From assembly GCA_965248575.1 (NCBI GenBank), contig CBDFJQ010000002.1, positions 64,001 through 128,000 of the forward strand: DNA of 64,000 nucleotides, given 5' to 3'. Both the position numbers and the translations under genes were made by a program. Origin of the DNA: Planctomycetota bacterium. GTDB taxonomy: Bacteria > Planctomycetota > B15-G4. Shown here one piece after another: positions 37,843-46,736 of this stretch. Each line of letters begins with the position of its first letter. Within the stretch, counting starts at the first letter, position 1. The notes beneath the pieces were generated by a model that worked only from the letters and a program-made list of their open reading frames with translations, made no database searches and was not told the DNA's origin.

Positions 37843-39435
37843 ATGCGCATCGCCTTGCAACTCGTTGTGGCCGTGGCCATCGTCTGTCCCTCGGGCCTCA
37901 AGGGGCAGACGCCCCTGACCACGGAGCTGGTGGCCAGCGGCTTGACGCTTCCGGTCTACGCCACGGCTCCCGCGACAGATTTCGACCGTCTGTTCCTGGT
38001 TGAGCTTGCAGGTCAGATCAAGATCCTTCGGGACGGGGTCGTGCAGGCAGCCCCTTTCCTGGACCTGAGATCCGTGGTGCAGTCTTCACCCAACTTCGAG
38101 GGCGTGTTCGGGATGGCTTTTCACCCGCAGTACGCCTCGAACGGTTTCTTCTACGTGTACTACTCGGACCTCGTCGGTGGCGTGACGCTTGCCCGATACC
38201 AGGTGAGCGCAGATCCGGAGCTGGCGGATGCGGCCTCTGGAATGACATTGCTCCAGATTCCGACACCCTTGGATGGGCATGAGGGAGGTTCGCCGCTCTT
38301 CGGCCCCGACGGCTTCCTGTACCTGGCCATCGGCGACGCCGAGCCGCAGAACGACCTCAACTGCAATGGGCAGAACCTGCAGCTGCTGATCGGAAAGATG
38401 CTGCGCCTGGATGTGGACGGCGACGACTTCCCCGCGGACTCGAATCGCAACTACGCCGTTCCGCCGAGCAATCCCTTTGTGGGTGACGCCTCCGTACCCG
38501 ACGAGGTCTGGGCCATCGGCTTCCGGAATCCGTGGCGCTCGTCCTTCGACCGGGTGACGGGCGAGCTCTACATCTCCGAGAATGGGCAGAACCTGCGGGA
38601 GGAGATCAACGTCGAGCCAGCGGGTTTCGCAGGCGGGCTCAACTACGGCTGGCCTGTGATGGAAGGTGGCCTCTGTTTCCCGAACACGTGCGCCCAACCG
38701 GTGCCTGTCTGCAATGGGCCTGCACTGACGCTGCCCTTCTACGAGTACGACCACACCATGGGGTGCTCGGTGATCGGGGGATACGTCTATCGGGGGGGCG
38801 ACATTCCGGATCTCCGTGGCACCTACTTTTTCGGTGACTTCTGCGGCAGCTCGAGCGGGGCCGGCATCTTCAGCTTCCGGAAGCAGGGGCTCGGCATCAC
38901 CGACTTCCAGGACCGTTCGGTGGAGCTGGCGCCCGGTGGCGGCTTGGACATCGCGTCCATCGCGAGTTGGGGGGAGGACGCCCAGGGGGAGCTCTACGTG
39001 ATCGACCATTTCGGCGGAGAGGTCTTCCAGCTCGTTGCCGACGTTCCCGCCACGGGCGCCTTCGTGGACCTGGGTCCCTTCGGGATCCCCGGCGTCGCGG
39101 GGGAGCCGTTGATGACAGGAAGTGGTGACCTGACACCGGGCAGTGCCAGCGGGTACACGATCGATGTGGTGGGTGCGGCGCCGTCCGCGCTGGGTTTCGT
39201 GTTCTTCGGCACGGCCGTGAATGCGACGGCTTTCTATGGCGGGACGTTCTACCCATTCCCCTTCCTTGGCAGCCGCGCTTTCGGTTTCGACGCCGGCGGT
39301 TCACTGTCCGTAAGCACCGCTCTGCCGGCGAGTTTCCCCGGCGGCGTCTCCATTGCGCAGCAGTTCTTCTTCCTGGACCCCGTCGCACTGCACGGGGTGT
39401 CCGGTAGCAACGGGCTGCGGCTCGACGTGCCCTAG
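37843..39435 (+). CDS. Secreted PQQ-dependent sugar dehydrogenase (glucose/sorbosone beta-propeller family) with C-terminal extra domain
   Basis: Signal peptide; GMAFHPQY, HEGG..FGPDGFLY.AIGD, GKMLRLD, NPF, GFRNPWR.SFD, EEIN, NYGWP, SVIGGYVYRG. Confidence 0.85.
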   Translation: MRIALQLVVAVAIVCPSGLKGQTPLTTELVASGLTLPVYATAPATDFDRLFLVELAGQIKILRDGVVQAAPFLDLRSVVQSSPNFEGVFGMAFHPQYASNGFFYVYYSDLVGGVTLARYQVSADPELADAASGMTLLQIPTPLDGHEGGSPLFGPDGFLYLAIGDAEPQNDLNCNGQNLQLLIGKMLRLDVDGDDFPADSNRNYAVPPSNPFVGDASVPDEVWAIGFRNPWRSSFDRVTGELYISENGQNLREEINVEPAGFAGGLNYGWPVMEGGLCFPNTCAQPVPVCNGPALTLPFYEYDHTMGCSVIGGYVYRGGDIPDLRGTYFFGDFCGSSSGAGIFSFRKQGLGITDFQDRSVELAPGGGLDIASIASWGEDAQGELYVIDHFGGEVFQLVADVPATGAFVDLGPFGIPGVAGEPLMTGSGDLTPGSASGYTIDVVGAAPSALGFVFFGTAVNATAFYGGTFYPFPFLGSRAFGFDAGGSLSVSTALPASFPGGVSIAQQFFFLDPVALHGVSGSNGLRLDVP

Positions 39436-39443
39436 CTCGTGTC

Positions 39444-40067
39444 CTAGGTCTTGTCGCGGGCCGTGTGTTGGCCGATGCCAGCAGGCGTTCGCTCGCCGAT
39501 CCAGCGGGTCATGCTGATTTCTTCCAAGGCCGTGCTGCCGAGCCGGTAGCGGTCGGGGATGCGGCCCCTCTCCTGGAATCCGGCGGACAGATAGAGTTCC
39601 TGGGCGGCTTCATTGTCGGCATAGACGCCTAGGTCGAGCCAGTCCAGGCCGGCTTGTGATTGGCTCCAGCTGATGGCCGTCTGCAGCAGCAGGCGGCCGC
39701 CTCCACATCGATGGTGGGTGCTGCGCAAGGCCATGCCGAGCCCGGCACGGTGGAGCTCGGAGTGGATGCTACCGCCGGCCAGGTAGAGATGGCCCACCAG
39801 CGTAGGCTCCGCTTGAACCGTGGGTTCCCGGGGTTCGCGGGGCGCGAACAGCCCCCAAGCACGGCGCCAGCCCGGCAGGTCCAGCGGCTTGGTCCAACGC
39901 TCCAGCTCTCGTGTTTCTGCAGCCGCGATGTCGAAGATGTCGTCCGCAACGTAGGCGTGCGCGTGGCCCCTTCCGTCGCGTCCCGACTCCGATTGCACAG
40001 CCAGCATGTGGGCGATGTAGCGCGGGACATCGGGCAGGTCGAGCAGGCGTACCTCGAAGTCCGTCAT
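39444..40067 (-). CDS. GNAT family N-acetyltransferase
   Basis: HRAGLGMAL...HRCGGGRLL, LGVYADNEAA..LYLSAGF..RG. Confidence 0.8.
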   Translation of the reverse strand: MTDFEVRLLDLPDVPRYIAHMLAVQSESGRDGRGHAHAYVADDIFDIAAAETRELERWTKPLDLPGWRRAWGLFAPREPREPTVQAEPTLVGHLYLAGGSIHSELHRAGLGMALRSTHHRCGGGRLLLQTAISWSQSQAGLDWLDLGVYADNEAAQELYLSAGFQERGRIPDRYRLGSTALEEISMTRWIGERTPAGIGQHTARDKT

Positions 40068-40070
40068 GAT

Positions 40071-41258
40071 TTATGGCTCGAGCAGCGTGGCGACCTCGCG
40101 GGCGAGCACCGCCGTGTAGAGGTTGGCGCCCTTCTCGTGCAGGTGCATCTCGTCGAAGCGTAGGGCCGGGTCCAGGAGGTCGCGGTGCAGCTCGGGGTCG
40201 TCGAGATCGATCAGCGTGGGGATCGCGCCGGCCTTGGCAGCCTCCGTGATGAAGTACTCCTTCTGGCGGATGTCCGGAGCATTGGTGAAGAGCGGGGTGA
40301 CGCCAGCCGCGACGGCCATCTCCACGAGTTCCGCGAGGAGCTTGCGCTCCGTTTCCCAGAGTTCCTGCACCTTTCGGCGCTTGCCGGAGAAGTCGAGCAT
40401 GGGGCGCGCGCGGTGGGGGTTCTGCTCGATGCGATCGACCCATCCATCCATCGCTTCCTGCATCTTGTCGTAGCGCTCCATGAGCAGCTTGCGCTCGTAG
40501 TGCGAGGCGTCCCGGACCGCCTTGTTCATGGACACCCAGCCGCGCTGGTTCTCTCCGAGCCCACCGGGCCCGTTGGTGCTGCGGTAGATCTGCTCCTCAA
40601 TACGCGAGGCGGCAGTGCCCGTCAGCTGCTCCTCCAGGAGCTCCCGTGCGCTGCCGACGTTGCAGAGCCGGTATCCGAAGGACACGAGGTGGCGGCGCGC
40701 CATGTCCAGCTTCCAGCTGTCCTCCATGCCGGTGTCGGCGATCAGTTGCAGGGCGAGCAGGGTGCTGTCCAGATCGTGCCAGGCCTTCACGCGTGGGGTC
40801 ACGTGGTTCATGCCCGAGAGCAGGACGCCTGGGGCGGGCGCGTCGAAGACGATGGTCTTCAGCTTGGCGGGCTTCATGGCCAGGATCTGCGCCAGGATCG
40901 TCCGATTCTCCAGGGCGCCCATTCCGGGCACGCCGAAGTTGAAGGAGTGGACGGGCTTGCCCGCCGCCGCCATGGCTGCATCGAACTGCACAGGATCTAC
41001 GTGCCGGTACATCTGGCTGGAGCCCAGGAAGATCAGATCGTACTCGTCCTTGTGCTCGGCGAAGTATTCCAGCTTCGGCGTGGTCCAGCTGTCCGGCGAG
41101 TGCGGGAGCTTGCTGCCGATCCACAAGCAGCTACCCAGGAACACGACCAGCCACCAGAGCACGTGCGCCGTCCCGACGGGAATGCTGGGCACGTCACGCT
41201 CCGGACCGTCTTCCTTGACGAATCCGATCATCGAGTCAGTGCGGGAGCGGCGGGCCAT
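40071..41258 (-). CDS. Membrane-anchored SGNH-like (DltD/AlgJ-type) partner of MBOAT
   Basis: N-terminal TM; IFLGSS (Ser block), SFNFGVPG, C-terminal FDEMHL (DxxH). Confidence 0.7.
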   Translation of the reverse strand: MARRSRTDSMIGFVKEDGPERDVPSIPVGTAHVLWWLVVFLGSCLWIGSKLPHSPDSWTTPKLEYFAEHKDEYDLIFLGSSQMYRHVDPVQFDAAMAAAGKPVHSFNFGVPGMGALENRTILAQILAMKPAKLKTIVFDAPAPGVLLSGMNHVTPRVKAWHDLDSTLLALQLIADTGMEDSWKLDMARRHLVSFGYRLCNVGSARELLEEQLTGTAASRIEEQIYRSTNGPGGLGENQRGWVSMNKAVRDASHYERKLLMERYDKMQEAMDGWVDRIEQNPHRARPMLDFSGKRRKVQELWETERKLLAELVEMAVAAGVTPLFTNAPDIRQKEYFITEAAKAGAIPTLIDLDDPELHRDLLDPALRFDEMHLHEKGANLYTAVLAREVATLLEP

Positions 41259-41288
41259 GGTCGGTTCGGTTGCGGGTTCGGAGGGGGC

Positions 41289-42695
41289 TTAGAACTGGAA
41301 GTAGACGAAGGGTTCTGCCGTGGCATGCACGAAGGCCAGCACCACGGCGCAGAACACAGCGTAGACCGTGGTGAAGCTCCAGGGGCCCAGGCGTCGCCAC
41401 CATTCGGCGAGCCAGCCCTTGTAGCTGACCCAGTGGATGGCCAGCAGGCCCACCAGCAGCATCAGCAGGCGGTCTCCGAGCAAGCCGGTGCCTGTCTCGG
41501 GGGCGGTGAAGAGAACATAGCTCTTGAGGATCGTCCCCGCGGCGGCCATGTCGTCGGCCCGGTAGAGGATCAGGGCCATGCAGATCCACCACATGGTCAT
41601 GATGTTGCCGACCACGGGCGGGATGGGGAATTTGCGCCGCAATGGACTCATGCGCCACTGCATCTGGGCGATCAGCCCCGGCACCATGACCAGGCCGAAG
41701 ATGACGAAGCGCCAGTCGGCGCCGTGCCAGAGGCCAGCGAGAATCCAGGTGATGCAGATGTTCCACAGGCCGCGGGGCGTGATGCCCTGCCAGCCGCCCA
41801 GGGAGTTGAAGACGTAGTCGCGGATCCAGAAGGACAGGCTGATGTGCCAGCGCGTCCAGAAGGTGGAGATGCTGGGTGCGAAGTACGGGAAGTTGAAGTT
41901 GAGCGCGAGGTTGTAGCCGAGCAAGCCTGCAGTGGCGACGGCCATGTCGGTGTAGCCGGAGAAGTCGCAGTAGACTTGCGTCGCCCACAACGCGACGCCC
42001 AGATAGGTGCTGCTCACCCCGTAGTCGGCGAAATTCGCGAAGTACTCGTCCACGAACTGTGCGACGCCGTCCGAGATGACCGCCTTCTTGATGAAGCCAA
42101 TCAGGAACAGCATCAGGCACCCGCGCACATCGACCCAGGCCAACTTGCGCAAGGTGAGGCACTGGGGCAGGAAGTCCTTGGCGCGCACGATGGGGCCAGC
42201 CACCAGCTGCGGGAAGAAGGCCACGAAGAATGCGAGGTCGAGGATGTCCTCAGCCGGTTTGAGCTGCCGGCGATAGATGTCTATGGAGTAGCTGAGGGTT
42301 TGGAAGGTGTAGAAGCTGATGCCCACGGGCAGGGCAATGTCGAACACGATCTGCGAGACCTCGAGGCCGAGCAGGTTCGCCATGTCCACCGCCGACGCGA
42401 TGAAGAAGTTGAAGTACTTGAAGACGCCCAGCAGGCCCAGGTTGCCGATCAAGCTGGCTCGCAGCAGCCAGAGCCGCTTGCGTTTGTCGTCGGTCAGCAT
42501 CAACTGCTTGCCGACGAAGTGGTCCAGCACCGTCGAGAAGACGATCAGCGAGAGGAAGCGCCAGTCCCATGCACCGTAGAAGACGTAGCTGGCGAACAGC
42601 AGCCACGCCTTGCGCGCCCTGTTGGTCCGCAGCGCCCAGTGGACACAGAAGACCGCCAGGAAGAAGGCGACGAATCGGAACTCGGAAAAGATCAA
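41289..42695 (-). CDS. MBOAT family O-acyltransferase (AlgI/DltB-like)
   Basis: LPVGISFYTFQ, FFPQLVAGPI, YCDFSGYTD, FWTRWHISLS, GLWHGA, FVYFQF; TTG start. Confidence 0.92.
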   Translation of the reverse strand: MIFSEFRFVAFFLAVFCVHWALRTNRARKAWLLFASYVFYGAWDWRFLSLIVFSTVLDHFVGKQLMLTDDKRKRLWLLRASLIGNLGLLGVFKYFNFFIASAVDMANLLGLEVSQIVFDIALPVGISFYTFQTLSYSIDIYRRQLKPAEDILDLAFFVAFFPQLVAGPIVRAKDFLPQCLTLRKLAWVDVRGCLMLFLIGFIKKAVISDGVAQFVDEYFANFADYGVSSTYLGVALWATQVYCDFSGYTDMAVATAGLLGYNLALNFNFPYFAPSISTFWTRWHISLSFWIRDYVFNSLGGWQGITPRGLWNICITWILAGLWHGADWRFVIFGLVMVPGLIAQMQWRMSPLRRKFPIPPVVGNIMTMWWICMALILYRADDMAAAGTILKSYVLFTAPETGTGLLGDRLLMLLVGLLAIHWVSYKGWLAEWWRRLGPWSFTTVYAVFCAVVLAFVHATAEPFVYFQF

Positions 42696-42915
42696 CGCAG
42701 TGCGATTCGGCGGCGGAAGGTCGGTCCGGTCTCAGGCACGGGGTCAGAGCTCAACGCAGGCGTGGGCTGAAGCGGGGGCAAAGGGTGGCACAGGATAGGA
42801 AAACCGACCCCCGCATGGACCGCTGAGTCCCCAGGGATCTCTCAAAAGCTGGGCCTGCTTGGCGGTGCAGCTGGATACGCCCGAGACCCGCGGGAAGCCT
42901 ATCCCGAGATGGGCC

Positions 42916-44118
42916 TCAGCGCATGAGCTCCTGGGCGATGATGATCTTGCGGATTTCGCTGGTTCCACCGCCGATTTCGAGCACCTTCACCGCCCGGTAA
43001 AGGCGGTTGATCTCGTACTCCCAGGCGTAGCCCCGCGCGCCCCAGAGTTGGACGGCCTCGTCCAGGATCTCCTTGAGGGCTTCGCCGACGTAGAGCACCG
43101 AGGCCGCAGCCAGCTTGCGGATCTCACCCTTGCCGCCTTCGTCAAAGTTCACCTGGCTGGCGGCCGTGAGCGTCCGATAGACGAAGGTACGCATGGTCTC
43201 GACGCGTACATACATTTTGGCCAGCTTGTCCTGCACGAGCTCGAACTTGCCGATGGCCTGGCCGAACTGCCGTCGTGTCTTGGCCCGCTCGACGCAGAGA
43301 TCGAGCACACGTTCGGCGATTCCCAACCCGATCGGAGCCGCCACCGCGCGCTCGATGTCCAAACCGCGCATGAGCACTCGGTGCCCTTTGTTCTCCTCAC
43401 CCACGAGGCACTCTTCGGGGACGCGACAGTCCTTGAACTCCAGCTCGCCCCACGGGCTTCCGCGAAAACCCATCTTGCTGATGGAGCGTTTCACGGAGAA
43501 CCCCGGATTGGTGGTGTCCACCAGGAAGGCGGCGTGGCCACCGCCCGTTTCCATCTTGGTGAACAGCAGGATGACGTCGGCGACCGGGCCATTGCCGATG
43601 AAGATCTTGGTGCCGTTGATGAGATAGGACCCGCCCTCACGCCGTGAGCTGGTCTCGACCGAGCCCAGCAGATCGCTACCCGCTTCGGGCTCGGTGAGCG
43701 CCAGCGCCCCGACCGTCGTGCCCGCGCACATGCCCGGTAGGTACTTCTTGGCCTGGTCCTCGTTGGCGTTGCGGTAGAGGGTGTTGAGGCAGAGGCTCTC
43801 GTGGCAGAGGTAGCTCAGGGCCAAGGCATGATTCCAGCGACCGAAGGCCTGCAGGACGAGCCCGCTGTGAAGCACATCCAGACCTGCGCCGCCCAGTTCC
43901 TTGGGCACCGTGATGCCCAGGTACCCCGCCGATCCTAGGGTGGTGTAGGTGTCTTCCGGGAACCACTCCTCGTTGTCCATCCGCTCGGAATGGTGGTGGA
44001 AGGTGTCATGCACGAAGCCGTCCACCTTCTCCAGGTAGGCCGCCTGCTCGGAGGTCAATTCGTATGTGCCGCTGCCGGTTCCGCCTGCATTGCTGATGCC
44101 CATGGCCGCTTCCATCAC
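42916..44118 (-). CDS. Acyl-CoA dehydrogenase, isovaleryl-CoA-dehydrogenase-like
   Basis: ALTEPEAGSD, KIFIGNGPVAD, KMGFRGSP, GLDIER (IVD-type Glu), EIGGGTSE. Confidence 0.85.
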   Translation of the reverse strand: MMEAAMGISNAGGTGSGTYELTSEQAAYLEKVDGFVHDTFHHHSERMDNEEWFPEDTYTTLGSAGYLGITVPKELGGAGLDVLHSGLVLQAFGRWNHALALSYLCHESLCLNTLYRNANEDQAKKYLPGMCAGTTVGALALTEPEAGSDLLGSVETSSRREGGSYLINGTKIFIGNGPVADVILLFTKMETGGGHAAFLVDTTNPGFSVKRSISKMGFRGSPWGELEFKDCRVPEECLVGEENKGHRVLMRGLDIERAVAAPIGLGIAERVLDLCVERAKTRRQFGQAIGKFELVQDKLAKMYVRVETMRTFVYRTLTAASQVNFDEGGKGEIRKLAAASVLYVGEALKEILDEAVQLWGARGYAWEYEINRLYRAVKVLEIGGGTSEIRKIIIAQELMR

Positions 44119-44336
44119 ACAGAGGTTGGGAACAGAGAGTGAGTCTCACGCCGGGGCCGTGGCGAACCAGCTGGCCTGTGGGCGCGAACAGGCAACCGTA
44201 GCTCGAAGCGGTGGGAGCGCCAAGGCTGGGCGGGGTGCCGGCTTTTGGACCCAAGACGGGCGAACACGGCCTGCATCTCGGGGTATCCTTTCAGCGACTT
44301 CTCTGATATTTGCCCTCCAACCTGCGTTTTCATGCC

Positions 44337-44561
44337 ATGAACCAGCAGCAATTCCTCGAAGAGCTCGAGAACATCGTCATGACCAAGAAGGGGTCGCTGA
44401 CCCCCGACTCGGTGCTGGATGACATCAACTGGGACTCGATGGCCGCCCTGGAGTTCCAGGCGCTGGCCGATGAGAAGCTCGGTAAGACCCTGGACCCCAC
44501 GGACATCGGCCTGTGCCGCACCGCGGGTGACCTGGCGAAGTTGGCGGCGATCACGGCCTAG
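44337..44561 (+). CDS. Acyl carrier protein
   Basis: 74 aa acidic protein with WDSMA phosphopantetheine Ser motif and RTAGDL C-terminal helix. Confidence 0.8.
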   Translation: MNQQQFLEELENIVMTKKGSLTPDSVLDDINWDSMAALEFQALADEKLGKTLDPTDIGLCRTAGDLAKLAAITA

Positions 44562-44621
44562 CCGAAGCGTCGCGATCCACGCGGAGCTGGAGATGGACGC
44601 TGACTGCGGAGTTCGAGGCCT

Positions 44622-45188
44622 GTGCTGACAGGTCGTGAGCAGCGCATCCTCGTGCTGGGCAACTCCGGCTCGGGCAAGTCGACACTCACGCGTCAGCTCA
44701 GCGAAGTCCTGGGCTTGCCCGCGGTGCACTTGGACCGGCACTTCTGGAACGCCGGCTGGGTGGAAACACCCAAGGGCGAGTGGCTGGCTCGTGTGCCCGG
44801 GCTCTGTGCCGGGCCGCGCTGGATCCAGGATGGGAACTTCGCGAGCAGTTTGCCGGAACGCCTGAAGCGCGCTGACACGGTGCTGCTCTTTGATCGTCCT
44901 ACGCCGCTTTGCCTGTGGCGCATCCTGCGTCGATGGGCCCAGTATCGCGGGGAGACGCGGCCCGACCTCGCGCCGGCATGTGAGGAGAAACTCGATTGGC
45001 GGTTCCTGGGCTGGGTGTGCACGTTTCGATCCACGGAGCTTCCGCGGGTCAGGCTCGCCCTTGAGAACGCACGGAAGAACGCACGGAAGAACGCACACGA
45101 GGGCTTGGCTGTGCACACACTGCGCACGGAGCAGGATGTGTTGAACGTGCTCGCGAGCGCACGCTCGCTCGTCAACGCGGGCTGTTGA
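44622..45188 (+). CDS. FlaR/topology-modulation-like P-loop kinase
   Basis: RILVLGNSGSGKSTL, VHLDRHFW..GW, WIQDGN, RPDLAPACEEKLDW. Confidence 0.8.
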   Translation: MLTGREQRILVLGNSGSGKSTLTRQLSEVLGLPAVHLDRHFWNAGWVETPKGEWLARVPGLCAGPRWIQDGNFASSLPERLKRADTVLLFDRPTPLCLWRILRRWAQYRGETRPDLAPACEEKLDWRFLGWVCTFRSTELPRVRLALENARKNARKNAHEGLAVHTLRTEQDVLNVLASARSLVNAGC

Positions 45189-46251
45189 CCCGCTCGAGCT
45201 CGGTCGTGCGCAACACACGCCGGCTGCGACCGGTGCCCACGGCCTCCTCGATCACCAGGTGCGTTTCGTCAATGTGCCGGATCGTCTCCGACGATCGCTC
45301 CGCTTCCAAGGCTCCCACTTCTTCGAAGAGCGCGCCGCCCTCACCCAGGGTTCCCTTGTTGCGAAGGAGGCGTGTGTCCTCCGCTCGAACGGTCCAGCCT
45401 TCCCAGGTCTGGCCGGAAGCGAGCCAGGCGCGCACGAAGAGACGGCCCTGCCATTGTTCGTCAGGAGCGGTGCGGGTCTCCAAGACGTCGAGCACCATGG
45501 CGTCCTTGTTGAGCAGTCGGGACCTCAGCCGCGCCTCGCTGGTGTTCCCCGAGATGTCGGTCTGCGTGCCGCGCCAGGTGCCGAGCAGCCAGTCCAGCTT
45601 GCGAGCCTCGGCGTGCTGCGAGAGGGTTCCGCTGGTCCAGTCCCGCTCGAAGAGGGCGTCTTGGGTGACCTCCTGCGCGGCGCGGGTCCGGGAGAATTCC
45701 ATGATCCAATCGGTCTTCCAGCTCAGCCCGGAATCCTGGGTCGTGGAGCTGTCCCAACGGACCGAGTCAGGCAGACCATCCGAGAAGCTGTAGCGCGTCT
45801 GGCGCGGGCCGCTCTCGGGGGCGAAGAACTCTCCGCGGCCGTGCCGAAAGCGTCCATGCAGTTGCCCGAAGCTGCCGTCACCGGTGGTTGTCCAGAGCAG
45901 CAACAGGGACCAGCGGGACTGTTGCGGGTCGTAGGCTCGCAGGCTGAAGCCGTTCATGAACGAGCCGTGCAAAGGGCCGGCCCATTCCTCCAGGATCGCC
46001 TGGCCGCCAATCACCGGGGTAATCCTGGCGCGGGTCACGTCGCCGTCCTGCCAGACCCCGCTCTCGTCGATGTTGCGGTTCTGGACGGACCACTCGCCCA
46101 CCCAGAAATCGAACTGGCGGTGGGGGTCCTCGGCCTGGGAGCTCTCGGTGGGCGCGTCGTCTTGTGTGGGGGCAAGGGCGCTCGGACCCGTCGGAGTCGA
46201 GGGGACCGTGGGGTCCAGTAGCAAGGTGGTGCAGAGCAGGAGCGCGAGCAT
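45172..46251 (-). CDS. Secreted protein with two DUF1579-like beta-barrel repeats
   Basis: Signal peptide; FDFWVGEW in the first repeat and LDWLLGTW in the second. Confidence 0.65.
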   Translation of the reverse strand: MLALLLCTTLLLDPTVPSTPTGPSALAPTQDDAPTESSQAEDPHRQFDFWVGEWSVQNRNIDESGVWQDGDVTRARITPVIGGQAILEEWAGPLHGSFMNGFSLRAYDPQQSRWSLLLLWTTTGDGSFGQLHGRFRHGRGEFFAPESGPRQTRYSFSDGLPDSVRWDSSTTQDSGLSWKTDWIMEFSRTRAAQEVTQDALFERDWTSGTLSQHAEARKLDWLLGTWRGTQTDISGNTSEARLRSRLLNKDAMVLDVLETRTAPDEQWQGRLFVRAWLASGQTWEGWTVRAEDTRLLRNKGTLGEGGALFEEVGALEAERSSETIRHIDETHLVIEEAVGTGRSRRVLRTTELERVNSPR

Positions 46252-46479
46252 GAGGGATGTCCGGGCGGTCGGGAGGGCGCCGCACATGATGCCAGAAGCA
46301 TGGGGAGAGCCTAGGGCCCGGGTCGTGGCGTGGACGCGGCAGGTTTTCTTGTCCCGTTTCCCCCGGGGCGGCAAAGAAGAGAGGGACGGTGGACACCGAA
46401 GCCCGCCGCGCTCCCCGCAGCATCGATCTGCATGACACGAAGGCCGCGATCCATGGAACTTTCCAGCCTCACCCGACCC

Positions 46480-46684
46480 CTTCCACGACTTCCGTCACAC
46501 GCCCGTTCACGAGCGGCTGCGGACGTTCGCCTACACGGACCCGAACGACGGCGCCCGCGGTTGTCTGGTAGGAACCTTCACAGGCACGATCACGAACTCA
46601 CTCTTTCAGAAGACGGAGACGGTGTCGGGCCAGCTCTGCAGCGGGTGGAACAACCAGTCCGAGTTCTAGTTCACGGTCAGCTGA
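46480..46684 (+). pseudogene. Possible gene remnant in a 480-bp spacer
   Basis: Protein-like frame TFAYTDPNDGARGCLVGTFTGTITNSLFQKTETVSGQLCSGWNNQSEF*FTVS* with internal TAG and no clear start. Confidence 0.25.
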
Positions 46685-46736
46685 ACGATCCGTTCGACCC
46701 TCGGGCCCGCGACATCTGGTGGGCCCCTGACAGACT

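Noticed and set aside
40185..42770. 861-aa + strand ORF
   Set aside because: Antisense shadow of the MBOAT and SGNH-like genes
45064..45096. 12-bp tandem repeat AGAACGCACGGA (about 2.75 copies) in the FlaR-like gene
   Set aside because: Small in-frame slippage duplication with no evident function
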